The position numbers and the translations under genes were made by a program. Below, piece after piece: positions 53,901 through 63,257 of a stretch of 64,000 nucleotides of DNA (its first letter is position 1; every line of letters begins with the position of its first letter). The DNA comes from Marinilabiliales bacterium (GTDB taxonomy: Bacteria; Bacteroidota; Bacteroidia; Bacteroidales; SZUA-534): the NCBI GenBank assembly GCA_003512955.1, contig DOTG01000038.1, forward strand, positions 334,455 through 398,454. Reading direction: 5' to 3'. The notes under the pieces are model-generated. The model was given only the letters and a program-made list of their open reading frames with translations. It made no database searches and was not told the DNA's origin.

Positions 53901-55393
53901 CACCTCTTTGGGGGCCTTTGGGGACTGTTATTAGTTTTGGGTTGTTATTTTCGATGGTGTTAACACTGTACATCCTTCCAATTCTATATACCATTGCTTA
54001 CAGCGATAAAACACCAAAGCCCGGATTCTGGTCCTTGCCAAGGAATCTAAAAATCCTTTCACTGGGTTTGCTGCTGATTGCCCCAGTTTTTGCAACCCAG
54101 AGCCAGGCCCAAACCATTTCGCTGGATTCGTGCAAACAATTGGCCCTGGAAAACAACCGGAAAATTAAAGAGGCTGGATTGCAGGTACAGGCATCGGAAC
54201 AACAACGGAAAGAAGCTTTCACAAACTATTTTCCAAAAGTAAGCGCTTCGGCCCTCGCGCTGCGTTCTGCTGATTATCTGATTGAAGCTGAAACACCGTC
54301 TATGAATTTTCCGGTGTGGGATGGAGTTGATCCTTCCATGTTGCAAAACCCGACGCTTTTTGCATATATTCCTTCCATGCCGTTGGGCCTTTTAGACTAT
54401 ATGAACACCGCCTCGATTAGTGTTGCCATGCCTATATATGCAGGTGGGCAAATCGTAAATGGAAATAAGCTGGCCAAGTTAGGCAAAGAGGTGAGCGTTT
54501 ATCAAAAAAAGATGACAACAGATGAGGTTTTGATCAAAACCGAGGAGTTATTCTGGACCTTGCAATACCTTAACGGGAAAGAAAAAACGATTCAAAGTTA
54601 TCAACTCATGCTCGACAGCCTTTCCCGCGATGTTAATAATTACAACCAGGCAGGATTAGCCCAACGTAACGACTTGCTGAAAGTTCAATTGAAGCAAAAC
54701 GAGCTAAACACAAACCTAGCGAAGCTGCAAAACGGGATTGAACTGACAAAACGGGCTTTGTGCCAACATATTGGATTAACCTATGACCCGATGCTTGTTT
54801 TTAAAGCAAAGCCCCTGTTTTTAACCACCTCAACAGAGTTAACCAACCCTAGCCAAATGGTACAGAACCGCACCGAATACCAATTGCTCAACAAAGCTGT
54901 GGAAGCGCAACGGTTGCAAAAGAAAATGGCCATTGGAGAATATTTGCCTCAAGTAGCCTTAGTGGGTACAGGATTTACATATGATGCCATGGAAAACAAC
55001 AGCAGCAACGCCTTAGCCATGGTTAGTGTGAGTATTCCCATTAGCGACTGGTGGGGTGGTAGCCATAAAATCAAACGGCAAAATATTGAAATGGAAAAAG
55101 CCAAATCGGCTCTCAACGAAAATACAGAATTGATGATACTGCAAATCCGTAAAGCCGAAAACGAGGTACAGGAAACTGAGTACCAAATCCAGGTATCACA
55201 ACAATCGGTTGAACAGGCCCTGGAAAATCTGAGGATTAGCGAGGACAATTATGAGTCAGGAACCATTGGCATATCAGATTTGCTGGAAGCTCAGGCCATT
55301 TACCAACAGGCAGTTGACAGCTACACCGAAGCTTTATGTACATTGCAGATAAAATTAGCCAAGTACAAACAAACAATAGGAACATATAATTAA
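50954..55393 (+). CDS. RND efflux permease (AcrB-like, ~1027 codons) fused in frame to a complete TolC-like outer-membrane factor (~450 codons)
   Basis: One uninterrupted 1479-codon frame. The N-terminal part has the 12-TM RND layout. At 54035..54120 a full signal peptide (PRNLKILSLGLLLIAPVFATQSQAQ) is followed by OMF-type coiled-coil/beta repeats (...LDSCKQLALENN...). Confidence 0.85.
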   Translation: MGRKRLSGIESAMRNNNIVIIIALAIIVVGVFALKKMPRNEFPVFTIRQGVIVGFYPGATSAEVEKQLTSVVENYIFGYQEVKKAKTYSYSREGMMYIFVELNDDVKNADQFWSKLKHGLDELKMTLPSGVLALIANTDFGDTSALLITLSSDTKSYKELEEQLKKLETECRKIPATSKIKHFGLQKEKIFVNVKPELLNEYNIKSLSLLGSYQSNGMINYAGKLDDGQNIRPIHLPSNFESEKDLAEQIVYSDPNGNVVRLKNIATIERRYDEPESYIKQNGEKTILLSLEMQPGNNIVKFGKDVDKALEIFQKQCPGEIEVAKISELPKYVSNSVNNFMKEFLIAIVAVILVTMVLLPFRVASVAGITVPISVMITLAILYFIGIELHTVSLAALILVLGMIVDNSIVVIDNHVEKIDHGISPWHAAIKSAKELVAPIIVATLAIMASYIPLGFMVPGTAGEFMMAIPIVVSTALVVSILVALFLVPYLNFVFIKKGLKISKKEDKKSFLDRLQQWFDTTLEKAFKYPKTVIAIGVAFIALAIFLFKHTDQQLFPEMERNQFAVEVYLPTGSSLESTQKVVNSLESLLLTDHRVTNVTSFVGTSSPRFHTVYAPQMPASNYGQLLINTLSEQATRDIVNEYEPKYSDAFVNAHVKWKILAMQASRSPIEIRISSDSVKDIRNIEAQVNQIIAKTKGTAWVRTDWDQPQQNIVVNLDRDQANRMGYYKGLVATSLMIGLDGVPLTTVWEKDYPVDVVLTQAQTTRENLSTLADQFITSPMSYSSVPLRSIANFVPEWTDGTIVHRNGTPTLTILVDNAPNAIASSILSELQVQINGLTLPQGTTINYGGDYEAQQEVFIPMGVALGVSIIFIFFILLIQFKKEKIAFLIMSTMLLTLPGAAIGLQLMDYPFSITAFIGITSLCGMVVRNGIILIDYARELKENERMTVREAAIAAGKRRMRPIFLTSAAAAVGVVPMILSRSPLWGPLGTVISFGLLFSMVLTLYILPILYTIAYSDKTPKPGFWSLPRNLKILSLGLLLIAPVFATQSQAQTISLDSCKQLALENNRKIKEAGLQVQASEQQRKEAFTNYFPKVSASALALRSADYLIEAETPSMNFPVWDGVDPSMLQNPTLFAYIPSMPLGLLDYMNTASISVAMPIYAGGQIVNGNKLAKLGKEVSVYQKKMTTDEVLIKTEELFWTLQYLNGKEKTIQSYQLMLDSLSRDVNNYNQAGLAQRNDLLKVQLKQNELNTNLAKLQNGIELTKRALCQHIGLTYDPMLVFKAKPLFLTTSTELTNPSQMVQNRTEYQLLNKAVEAQRLQKKMAIGEYLPQVALVGTGFTYDAMENNSSNALAMVSVSIPISDWWGGSHKIKRQNIEMEKAKSALNENTELMILQIRKAENEVQETEYQIQVSQQSVEQALENLRISEDNYESGTIGISDLLEAQAIYQQAVDSYTEALCTLQIKLAKYKQTIGTYN

Positions 55394-55416
55394 AACTCTT
55401 AATACGGTTAGTATTT

Positions 55417-55457
55417 GTTTGACTAAAAATGGAATTGCATTCCATTTTTAGTCAAAC
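55417..55457. terminator. Perfect 19-bp hairpin after the efflux operon (probable terminator)
   Basis: GTTTGACTAAAAATGGAAT-TGC-ATTCCATTTTTAGTCAAAC. There is no clean T-run after it, so its assignment as a terminator is moderate. Confidence 0.55.
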
Positions 55458-55515
55458 ATTTCAAAAACAGCAAACTCATTTACTCAGAATAATAACCAAT
55501 TAAACCGTAACCAAA

Positions 55516-55770
55516 ATGCAGCATCGTAAAAGGATCGCCATTTATAGGGCTTTGCGTAAACTTGGGGTCCCAAGGGACGAAATCACCCTGGCATCGAAAT
55601 TTAACAAAGACTTACATTTTGACGAGAAAGACTGGATCTGTTTGCTCTTTCTGGTCGAGAGCCGACTGAACATTAGTATTGATGATGCGGAAATACACCC
55701 GTCGGATTCCATCCGGGATTTTGTCCAATTGATTGAGATGGGAAGTCAGCAAAAAAGTTTTAAATCTTAA
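55516..55770 (+). CDS. Hypothetical small protein with an acyl-carrier-protein-like pattern but no Ser at the attachment position
   Basis: 84 aa. ...KDLHFDEKDWICLLFLVESRLNISIDDAE...IRDFVQLI resembles the ACP helix II region (DLG.DSLD..EL...E..F.I.I.D), with DEK in place of DSL. Confidence 0.4.
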   Translation: MQHRKRIAIYRALRKLGVPRDEITLASKFNKDLHFDEKDWICLLFLVESRLNISIDDAEIHPSDSIRDFVQLIEMGSQQKSFKS

Positions 55771-55853
55771 AAATTGTTAAAAAGATATGTCTAGGTAGAA
55801 GCCTCTATCTTTGATTGACGCCATATTAACCTTGTTCCGGTGTGGACAATATA

Positions 55854-56642
55854 CTATTCTGCCCCGGTATAGGTTATCTCGAAATCCTCCATTTTTTGCT
55901 TTACCCTTAAAAAAATATCATACGCTGGTGTTTCAAACAGGTATTGGCTGCTAAAATTCAGGGATTGATAAAACCGATCTAACTTTCCGCCTGAGTATCC
56001 GGTAAATCCTGCCAACAATTCTTTATTGAATTTCTCATCAATTATCTCTTGCTTTTCATCCTCTTCGAGCAATTCGGCCAGCTTCATCAAACTTTTTCCC
56101 TCATCGCTAAATTTAAAGTACAGCGCCGAAATAGGACCATCAAAAGTTTTCTTGGGTTTAAACTTTTCCTCTTTGCGTATCCACTGGTATTCGCTACGTG
56201 TGACCCCTGGAATAATAATCTGCCTTTCCCAAGCATTTTTATCGGGAGGCATATTCAAAAAATCGTACCTGAACTGGCTCTCACGCGAAAGGGCGATAAT
56301 ATCTACCACCCCTAAATTGTAGGATGTGGGCGATAAAACAACTTCCAAAAAGCAGATGGTTGATTTTATGGAATCGGGAAGCTGGATAAAACTGTCCTCA
56401 AACCCCAGGCAACGGAACAACAAGGTATCGGTTTTAATCAACTTTGTTTTAAAAATGCCCAAAGAGTCGGAAATTACGCCTCTGCCCGTTCGCATGTTAA
56501 TAATGTGCACAAAAGGGGTTTGCTCCATCGTGTCCGTGGCATTGATAATCCCCGCCAGCCTGATTTCAAGGGAGTCGGTTTGTGATTTTCCGGAAAATGA
56601 GGTTGATAAAATTACAATGAGTACCAAAAACAAATTTTTCAC
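55854..56642 (-). CDS. Hypothetical signal-peptide protein with an N-terminal carboxypeptidase-regulatory-like (CarboxypepD_reg-like) segment
   Basis: 262 aa with a GTG start and the signal peptide ...STSFSGKSQ. The pattern ...VHIINMRTGRGVISDSLGIFKTKLIKTDTLLFRCLGFE fits that fold's sequence pattern. Confidence 0.5.
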   Translation of the reverse strand: MKNLFLVLIVILSTSFSGKSQTDSLEIRLAGIINATDTMEQTPFVHIINMRTGRGVISDSLGIFKTKLIKTDTLLFRCLGFEDSFIQLPDSIKSTICFLEVVLSPTSYNLGVVDIIALSRESQFRYDFLNMPPDKNAWERQIIIPGVTRSEYQWIRKEEKFKPKKTFDGPISALYFKFSDEGKSLMKLAELLEEDEKQEIIDEKFNKELLAGFTGYSGGKLDRFYQSLNFSSQYLFETPAYDIFLRVKQKMEDFEITYTGAE

Positions 56643-56733
56643 GCCCGTAAAATTCTTAAAAAAAACCAGATATTTGCAGCCTGCAAATTGCTTTAACTTA
56701 ATTTTAACATTCTGTAAAAAAGAGGATTATAAA

Positions 56734-57441
56734 ATGCAAATCAAGCACCAAAAAACATACCGCAATCTATTTTTCGATTTGGATCGTACACTATGGGATT
56801 TTAAAACAAATTCCGAAGTTACCCTGAATGAATTAATTGCCAGGCATATCCCCGAGCTTTCGCAAAGGTTTCAAGAATTTTTGGACCTTTTTTACCGTAT
56901 CAACGATAACCTCTGGAACCAATACGAGAATGGCATTCTTAAAAAAGAAGTGTTGCGCACCAAACGGTTCGAAGATACTTTTGCACAAATGGGCATCCAT
57001 GCCAATGGGCTGAGCCAAAAAATGAGCGATGATTATATTACCGAAAGCCCGTTAAAGACCGCCCTTTTCCCTCATACTCATGAAACCCTTAGCTATTTGA
57101 ATGAAAAAGGATACCGGTTGTTTTTAATCACCAATGGGTTCACCGAGGTGCAGGTGGTAAAAATAAAGCACAGCAGCCTTGAACCCTATTTTGAAAAGAT
57201 GATAACCTCTGAAGAAGCCGGGTACCAGAAACCTCACCGCAAAATATTTGAATACGCCCTAAAAAACACCCATTCCCGAAAAAAGGAAAGCATCATGATT
57301 GGCGACGACTTGGAGAATGATATTTTTGGTGCCCGCAGGTTTGGAATAGACACCGTTTTTTTCAATCCCGAAAAGATAAAATACCAACAACAAACAACCT
57401 TTGAGATACAATCGCTGGCGGATTTACGAACGATTTTTTAG
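56734..57441 (+). CDS. HAD-superfamily hydrolase (YjjG-like nucleotidase type)
   Basis: The ATG at 56734 is preferred. Motif I is FFDLDRTLWD, motif II LITNG and motif IV IGDDLENDI. The track's 5' extension to 56326 lies antisense to the neighbouring gene. Confidence 0.85.
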   Translation: MQIKHQKTYRNLFFDLDRTLWDFKTNSEVTLNELIARHIPELSQRFQEFLDLFYRINDNLWNQYENGILKKEVLRTKRFEDTFAQMGIHANGLSQKMSDDYITESPLKTALFPHTHETLSYLNEKGYRLFLITNGFTEVQVVKIKHSSLEPYFEKMITSEEAGYQKPHRKIFEYALKNTHSRKKESIMIGDDLENDIFGARRFGIDTVFFNPEKIKYQQQTTFEIQSLADLRTIF

Positions 57442-57445
57442 TTAG

Positions 57446-58909
57446 TTATTTTTTCCAATAAACCGGGGTAAAAATTATCAAAAAAGTAAATAGCTCAAGC
57501 CGTCCGAGCAACATTAAGAGTGATAAAACCCACTTACCGAGTGGTGCTACATGAAAAAAATTCTCAACAGGACCCGTGCTGCCCAATCCGGGTCCAATGC
57601 CGGCTAATGACGTGGCCACAGCACCCATGGCCGAATCCATATCAAGCCCGGTAGCAATAAGGATGATGCTGCCCAATGCAAAAATAAACAGGTACAAAAC
57701 AAAGAAGGCGAAAATACTGTTAACCATTGATTGTGGAATGCTTTTTCCCTCTAACCTGACCGGGATAATTGCTTTTGGATGCACCAACCGTTTGAACTCG
57801 AAATAGATGTTTTTAAAGATAAAAAGAATCCTCAACACTTTGACCCCTCCACCGGTTGACCCTGTAGAACCTCCAATAAACATTAGCGTAAAAATTAAAG
57901 CCACCGCCACCGGGGGCCATATCATATAATCGGCCAATACAAAGCCCGTGGTCGAAACAATAGAAACCACCTGAAACAAACTATTACGAAATGCCTTTTC
58001 GGGAGTGTAGTTACCCGTTGAATACAAATAACCGGCAATGACGAAAGAAAAGGTCAGGATAATGGCAATAAACAACCGAAACTCTTCATTTTTAAAAACT
58101 CTTTTAAAATCGAATTTGAGGGCAAAATACCATAACGCAAAATTTGAGGCGCCCATAAACATAAAAAGGATGATTACATAATGGATGTAAGGGTTGGTGT
58201 AATATTCAATACTGGCTTGCTTTGTGGAAAACCCCCCGGTACCAAGCGATGTGAACGAATGGCACAAAGAATCAAACAGGGGCATTCCACCTAGCCAAAG
58301 AAGAATGGTTTCAGTTAAAGTCAACCCCACGTAAATAATCCAAAGCCTTTGAGCGGTCTCTTTAACACGGGGCTGTAATTTATCGGCTGTTAAGCCTGGG
58401 GTTTCGGCGGCGTAAAGCTGCACCCCGCCCACTCCTAAAAAGGGAAGGACAGCCAGGGCAAGCACAATGAACCCCATTCCGCCCATCCATTGGGTAAGGC
58501 TCCTCCAAAACAAAACTCCGTGCGGTAACGCCTCAATATCATTTAAGATTGATGCTCCGGTACCGGTAAATCCTGACATGGTCTCAAAAAAGGCATTGGT
58601 GAAACCCGGGATTGAGTTGCTCCACATGAATGGCAGAGTCCCAATCAAAGAAAAAACCACCCAAACCAAGCTTACAATAATATACCCTTCGCGTTTGCCG
58701 AACTCATCATTGTTTTTTCGGTAAAAAAAAACGGCTAAACCCCCAAGAATAGAAGTTGCCAAAAAAGAATAGACAAATGCCTTGAAATCATGTTCCTGGT
58801 ATATGACCGTAACCATTAAAGAAAGTAGGAGAAAAACAGATTCTACCAACATTAAAAAGCCAAAAAGCCGGATGATGATTTTAAGATTGATGCGGTTAAT
58901 GTTTTTCAC
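57446..58909 (-). CDS. trkH: TrkH-family potassium uptake permease
   Basis: 487 aa and polytopic, with repeated selectivity-filter-like GTGGF/TTGF/GGSTGSTGGG segments. It sits next to trkA. Confidence 0.9.
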   Translation of the reverse strand: MKNINRINLKIIIRLFGFLMLVESVFLLLSLMVTVIYQEHDFKAFVYSFLATSILGGLAVFFYRKNNDEFGKREGYIIVSLVWVVFSLIGTLPFMWSNSIPGFTNAFFETMSGFTGTGASILNDIEALPHGVLFWRSLTQWMGGMGFIVLALAVLPFLGVGGVQLYAAETPGLTADKLQPRVKETAQRLWIIYVGLTLTETILLWLGGMPLFDSLCHSFTSLGTGGFSTKQASIEYYTNPYIHYVIILFMFMGASNFALWYFALKFDFKRVFKNEEFRLFIAIILTFSFVIAGYLYSTGNYTPEKAFRNSLFQVVSIVSTTGFVLADYMIWPPVAVALIFTLMFIGGSTGSTGGGVKVLRILFIFKNIYFEFKRLVHPKAIIPVRLEGKSIPQSMVNSIFAFFVLYLFIFALGSIILIATGLDMDSAMGAVATSLAGIGPGLGSTGPVENFFHVAPLGKWVLSLLMLLGRLELFTFLIIFTPVYWKK

Positions 58910-58936
58910 AATTACTTAATTTGCAATAGGTTTCTG

Positions 58937-60277
58937 TTAATTAAAAAACTTATCAATCTTTTGTAACGCCGAAGGTAAGGCAAATACCACCACCCGGTCG
59001 TTGACATTTATTTGGGTGTCGCCTGTGGCAATAAAACTGGAACGCTCGCGGATAACCCCACCTATTACGGCATCTTTAGGAAAGCCCATGTCACGAAGTG
59101 GATACTTGATAATTTTGCTGTCAGGTTTTACCAAGAATTCGAGCACCTCAGCATCTGAACCCGTCAAACAAAGAAACGATGGTACTTCGGCAGTCATGGT
59201 AAACCTTAAAATATAACTGGCAGCAATTAGCTTTTTATTTATGATGGCATCAATACCCATTGATTCGGCTAAATGCAGGTATTCAGTATTTTCCACTGAC
59301 GCAATGGTCTTTTTAACCCCTAAATTTTTAGCCTGGATACAGGAGAGTATGTTCAACTCATCGTTGCCGGTGACTGAAATAAAGACATCCATTAAACCCA
59401 AACCTTCCTCTTTGAGGGAATCTATATCACGACCATCGGCATTAATAACCAAGGTACCTGTCAGGTAATCGGCCAAGTGCTCCGATTTGGCTTTATCCAT
59501 TTCTATCAGCTTTATATTGCTGCTTTTTTCCAGCGCATGGGCCGTGCGTACTCCCATCTGGCTGCCACCCAAAATCATGATGTTGTTACATGTCAGGCGC
59601 CGGGTCCCGGCAAATTCCATCATGGGTGTTACTCCGGTTTGGTTGGTAATAACATACACCAAATCGTTGTGCCTGAAAATTTCATCGGGCCGGGGAATCA
59701 TGGTTTCACCATCACGCGAAATAGCCAATGCCCGAAACACTAAATCTTTATTATTTACAGCTACTTCAGACAATTTTTTGCCAATAATGGGGGCATCAAT
59801 TTCCAGCTTAATCACATAAAGAGAGAGTTTACCCCCGGAAAAATTGAAAACCTCGGTTGTTCCGGTGTCGTTCAGCAAGTTGACAATCTCGCGGGCTGCC
59901 AGTTTTTGCGGAAAGATGAGCGAATCGATACCAATGTTATAAAAATGGCTTTTGTTCAGGGGCAACAGGTATTCCTGATTGTCGATACGGGCAATGGTCT
60001 TTTTGGCTCCCAACTGCTTGGCGAGCATACATGCAGTTATATTTATTTCGTTAGTATGTGTCAACGACACAAACAAATCAGCTTTTTTAATGCCAGCTTC
60101 CTTCAAATCGGCAAACGATGTGGCTGAACCGTGAATGGTCATCACATCGTAATGGGCGCTCACATCCTGAAGCATCTCCTCCTTTTTGTCAATAACCACA
60201 ATTTCGTGATTCCCGTTAGAAAGCATCTTTGTCATGTGCATCCCAATGGCTCCCATCCCGGCAATTATTATCCTCAT
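58937..60277 (-). CDS. trkA: Trk system potassium uptake protein TrkA (two RCK/NAD-binding modules)
   Basis: 446 aa with MRIIIAGMGAIG and a second ILGGSQMG Rossmann motif, each followed by an RCK_C-like segment. Confidence 0.9.
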   Translation of the reverse strand: MRIIIAGMGAIGMHMTKMLSNGNHEIVVIDKKEEMLQDVSAHYDVMTIHGSATSFADLKEAGIKKADLFVSLTHTNEINITACMLAKQLGAKKTIARIDNQEYLLPLNKSHFYNIGIDSLIFPQKLAAREIVNLLNDTGTTEVFNFSGGKLSLYVIKLEIDAPIIGKKLSEVAVNNKDLVFRALAISRDGETMIPRPDEIFRHNDLVYVITNQTGVTPMMEFAGTRRLTCNNIMILGGSQMGVRTAHALEKSSNIKLIEMDKAKSEHLADYLTGTLVINADGRDIDSLKEEGLGLMDVFISVTGNDELNILSCIQAKNLGVKKTIASVENTEYLHLAESMGIDAIINKKLIAASYILRFTMTAEVPSFLCLTGSDAEVLEFLVKPDSKIIKYPLRDMGFPKDAVIGGVIRERSSFIATGDTQINVNDRVVVFALPSALQKIDKFFN

Positions 60278-60464
60278 TCTATTTTAAAAATTAGACCACA
60301 AAGTAAGGTAATAACCACTTAAAAATTAAAAAAATATCATCTTTTTTACCAAATAGATACACCTCAGGTTTATAGAGGATTAAACCCACAATTCCAATGA
60401 AAAAAAGACCACTTGTTTTGGTACTATCCATTTTTAGGACCCAGACTACAAAATTTATCCACTT

Positions 60465-62546
60465 TTAAGGTAAAAATTTGATAAAGGCTCCCTCTGTTTT
60501 CGTGAGATGAACGGGTTCCTCTGCTGAACCCTCCCAGTCCGTCAGCTTCCAGATAGGGACAGAACCATCGGCCACCCACTGTTTGAACCATAAATTCTTA
60601 GGCACATCCTCTCTTTTAAAGGAGGGCTTCCCGGTGACAATAGCTAAATCGAAGGACAAGCTGTCTTTTTGCGGAATCAATAACCCGGTTTGGTTCTTTA
60701 AGATAACGCCCTTGTAATTCCCCAATTGCCAAAATCCCGATTCAAAGTAAAAAGGCCCTTGTTCCACCTTAAGCTGGCTGCTATCTAAACGGAAATATTT
60801 ATTTTCAGATGTTCCCCAATACAAATCCGCATCGGCAACAAGTTTTTTCATCTGCCCCTCACCTGCATCTTGAGAAGTAAACCACCATGAATATTTTCCA
60901 TGGACAAACTGAATGGCCGTTTGCTTTGGGATTTGATACACGCAAACCATGGTTTTATCCTCCTGCTGAACAGTCAGGAACCTCTGCACTGACAATAGGA
61001 CTAGCAAAAAAAACAACGAAGTGAACAGGTAGGAATAATGCTTTTGCAACAACCAAGCCGTAATGGTTCCCATGAATAAAAGCAATAAAATCATACTAAA
61101 TCCATTCATGGGAATGTTCCCGATTTGCGAAAAAGGAAGCCCGGTAACCCATAAAACAAAACCATTGATCACAATCAATAACTGCTTGACAAATAATCCT
61201 GTTACAGCAAATAACATGGGGATTTTTACCACCAATAGCAGCAATACTGCCAGATAAATTAATACGGTAGCCCCAAAAACCACCACAATATTCGATAACC
61301 AAAAATAGGTAGGAAATACATGAAAATAATAGAGGCTGATAGGAGCGGTAACCAATTGCGCCGCCAGGGAAATCGCGGTCAACGACCATACATAATCAAG
61401 GATTTTATTTTTTACATAAAGCCATCCATAAATTTTTGGATAAAAAAACACAATCCCCACTACGGCTACGTACGATAATTGAAAACCAATATCGAAAACC
61501 CAAAGTGGGTTGATGAGCAAAAGCAAACAGGCCGAAGCTGCCATCGAATTGTAGATGTTGGCCCGCTTTCGGAATAAATTCCCAATCAACACAAAACTAA
61601 ACATAGTAGTTGCCCGGCATACCGATGGCGACAAACCGGTTAAAAGCGCGTACCCCCACAGGCCACCTATAAGCAGGATATATTTCAGGCGCGATTTTTT
61701 TGAAACACCGGGAATCACTTTAAAGAGCAAGCTCAACGCCGCAAAAACAATAGCCACGTGGGCCCCGCTCACGGCCAATACATGCACAACTCCGGCTGCC
61801 GTGTAGGCATCGCGGATGCGCGCTTCCATTTTATCTTTATACCCCAGGGTTAAAGCGGAAACTACAGCCAGTTCATCCCCTTGAATTCCAACAGATTCAA
61901 ATACAGAAATCAGTCTTTTTCTCAGATTTAAGGCAAGTGCCGCCAACCCTTTGCTTTGGGAACCGGCCAAATACCAATCACCTGATTTCAGAAAAACAGT
62001 GGTTTCCACTTGCTTCAGACGGAGGTATTTTTGATAATCAAAACCAAATGGATTGGTAGCCTGAGCCGGTTCTGTCACCTTGGTTCCAAACATAAACGGC
62101 TGACCTGCCAGAACTTTTCCTATTAATGAATCCTTTTCAAAATAGGCAATCAGTTTCACATTCTGGTTTTTCCAGCCGGAACCAATTTGCTGGGCCTCCA
62201 CCTGAATTTCTGCTTTATACACTTTTTCCTTTTCTACAGGAATCTCAAGAAACCGACCTGCAAACCAGACCTGATTGCCGGAAATTAAAGAAGGTTGGCT
62301 GTCTTTTAAAACATTACCTGTAATAAAAAGCCCGACTGCAAGCACCCAAAGATTGAAAGCAATCCCTTTCAGATATTGCCACCGGTATCCAAACCGGATG
62401 GGAAATATAACCAGAAAAGTAACCGAAACAAAAAGCAACAAAACCAACAACCCCTGCTGGGGAACGGGAACCTGGTATCGAAGGGCAATCCCTGCAATTA
62501 AAGGAATAACAATTCGGACAAAGGGGCATTGCTTAAAAAAATTCAC
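60465..62546 (-). CDS. comEC: ComEC/Rec2-family membrane protein (competence domain only)
   Basis: 693 aa with a GTG start and many TM helices. The ComEC core pattern is ...AGVVHVLAVSGAHV.... I see no HxHxDH metallo-beta-lactamase motif at the C-terminus. Confidence 0.8.
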   Translation of the reverse strand: MNFFKQCPFVRIVIPLIAGIALRYQVPVPQQGLLVLLLFVSVTFLVIFPIRFGYRWQYLKGIAFNLWVLAVGLFITGNVLKDSQPSLISGNQVWFAGRFLEIPVEKEKVYKAEIQVEAQQIGSGWKNQNVKLIAYFEKDSLIGKVLAGQPFMFGTKVTEPAQATNPFGFDYQKYLRLKQVETTVFLKSGDWYLAGSQSKGLAALALNLRKRLISVFESVGIQGDELAVVSALTLGYKDKMEARIRDAYTAAGVVHVLAVSGAHVAIVFAALSLLFKVIPGVSKKSRLKYILLIGGLWGYALLTGLSPSVCRATTMFSFVLIGNLFRKRANIYNSMAASACLLLLINPLWVFDIGFQLSYVAVVGIVFFYPKIYGWLYVKNKILDYVWSLTAISLAAQLVTAPISLYYFHVFPTYFWLSNIVVVFGATVLIYLAVLLLLVVKIPMLFAVTGLFVKQLLIVINGFVLWVTGLPFSQIGNIPMNGFSMILLLLFMGTITAWLLQKHYSYLFTSLFFLLVLLSVQRFLTVQQEDKTMVCVYQIPKQTAIQFVHGKYSWWFTSQDAGEGQMKKLVADADLYWGTSENKYFRLDSSQLKVEQGPFYFESGFWQLGNYKGVILKNQTGLLIPQKDSLSFDLAIVTGKPSFKREDVPKNLWFKQWVADGSVPIWKLTDWEGSAEEPVHLTKTEGAFIKFLP

Positions 62547-62620
62547 GAGTAAAATGGTTTTTCATTGGGGTATGAAATTACCAAATTACCCATTACGAGT
62601 CAATAGCAAGTCAAAATGAT

Positions 62621-63160
62621 TTACTTCGACTGATTTTTCCCCTCAAAAATCTTGATTAACTCCTCGGGCGATTTCCCCAAATATTCAATGGAGGCTTTAG
62701 CATCTTTGGCCAGGGCATGGTTCGGGTATTTTTTCAGAAATTCGTTATAATAAAATCCTGCCTTTTCAATATTCCCCAATTGGTTTTCAAAGACAAAAGC
62801 CTTTAAAAAGATGCTTTCGGGAACTTTGTGAAAATTGGGATAGTTTGAAATAATTTTATCAAAGTAAAAAATAGATTGGCTCCCCAATTGCAGATTCATT
62901 GAAATCTCGGCAGCCTTGAACAGGTACACCGCCGATAGGGTATCGTCAGGATATTGTTTGGAATAGTTCACGTAGGTATCAATCATCTTCAACCCTTTGT
63001 CCCTATCCAGAGTCTGGTCGGCATACAATGCTACCTCTTGTTTTTTAATGGCTTTCTTTTGTTCCTTTTGCGGGTCTTTGGCACATCCAAACCCAAGAAT
63101 GAAAATAATGGCCGCAGCCACTAAAAGAAGTGAGGTTTTTAAAAACGATACTAATTTCAT
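62621..63160 (-). CDS. TPR-like lipoprotein
   Basis: The ATG at 63160 gives MKLVSFLKTSLLLVAAAIIFILGFGC (lipobox), followed by TPR-like helices (...YLFKAAEISMNL... / ...YNEFLKKYPNHALAKDA...). Confidence 0.6.
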   Translation of the reverse strand: MKLVSFLKTSLLLVAAAIIFILGFGCAKDPQKEQKKAIKKQEVALYADQTLDRDKGLKMIDTYVNYSKQYPDDTLSAVYLFKAAEISMNLQLGSQSIFYFDKIISNYPNFHKVPESIFLKAFVFENQLGNIEKAGFYYNEFLKKYPNHALAKDAKASIEYLGKSPEELIKIFEGKNQSK

Positions 63161-63257
63161 ATACAAACGTAACAATTCATTTTACCTGTAAAAATGCATA
63201 TTCCTTTTAAGCTATCAAAGAATTTTAACAATTTCGTTGCCCTTTGATGAACCAAAA

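Noticed and set aside
56326-56733. 136-codon 5' extension of the HAD hydrolase ORF
   Set aside because: It is antisense to the 55854..56642 gene. HAD motif I (FFDLDRTLWD) follows shortly after the ATG at 56734.
57415-57430. GCGGATTTA inside the 3' end of the HAD gene, as another copy of the repeat tail
   Set aside because: The match is only 9 nt, lies inside a coding region, and has no adjacent AGTC..GACT hairpin. It is probably chance.
60465-62546. Whether ComEC without a C-terminal metallo-beta-lactamase motif is a truncated gene
   Set aside because: The ORF is continuous with a plausible start and stop. From memory, competence-domain-only ComEC proteins are usual in this phylum, so I do not treat it as a pseudogene.
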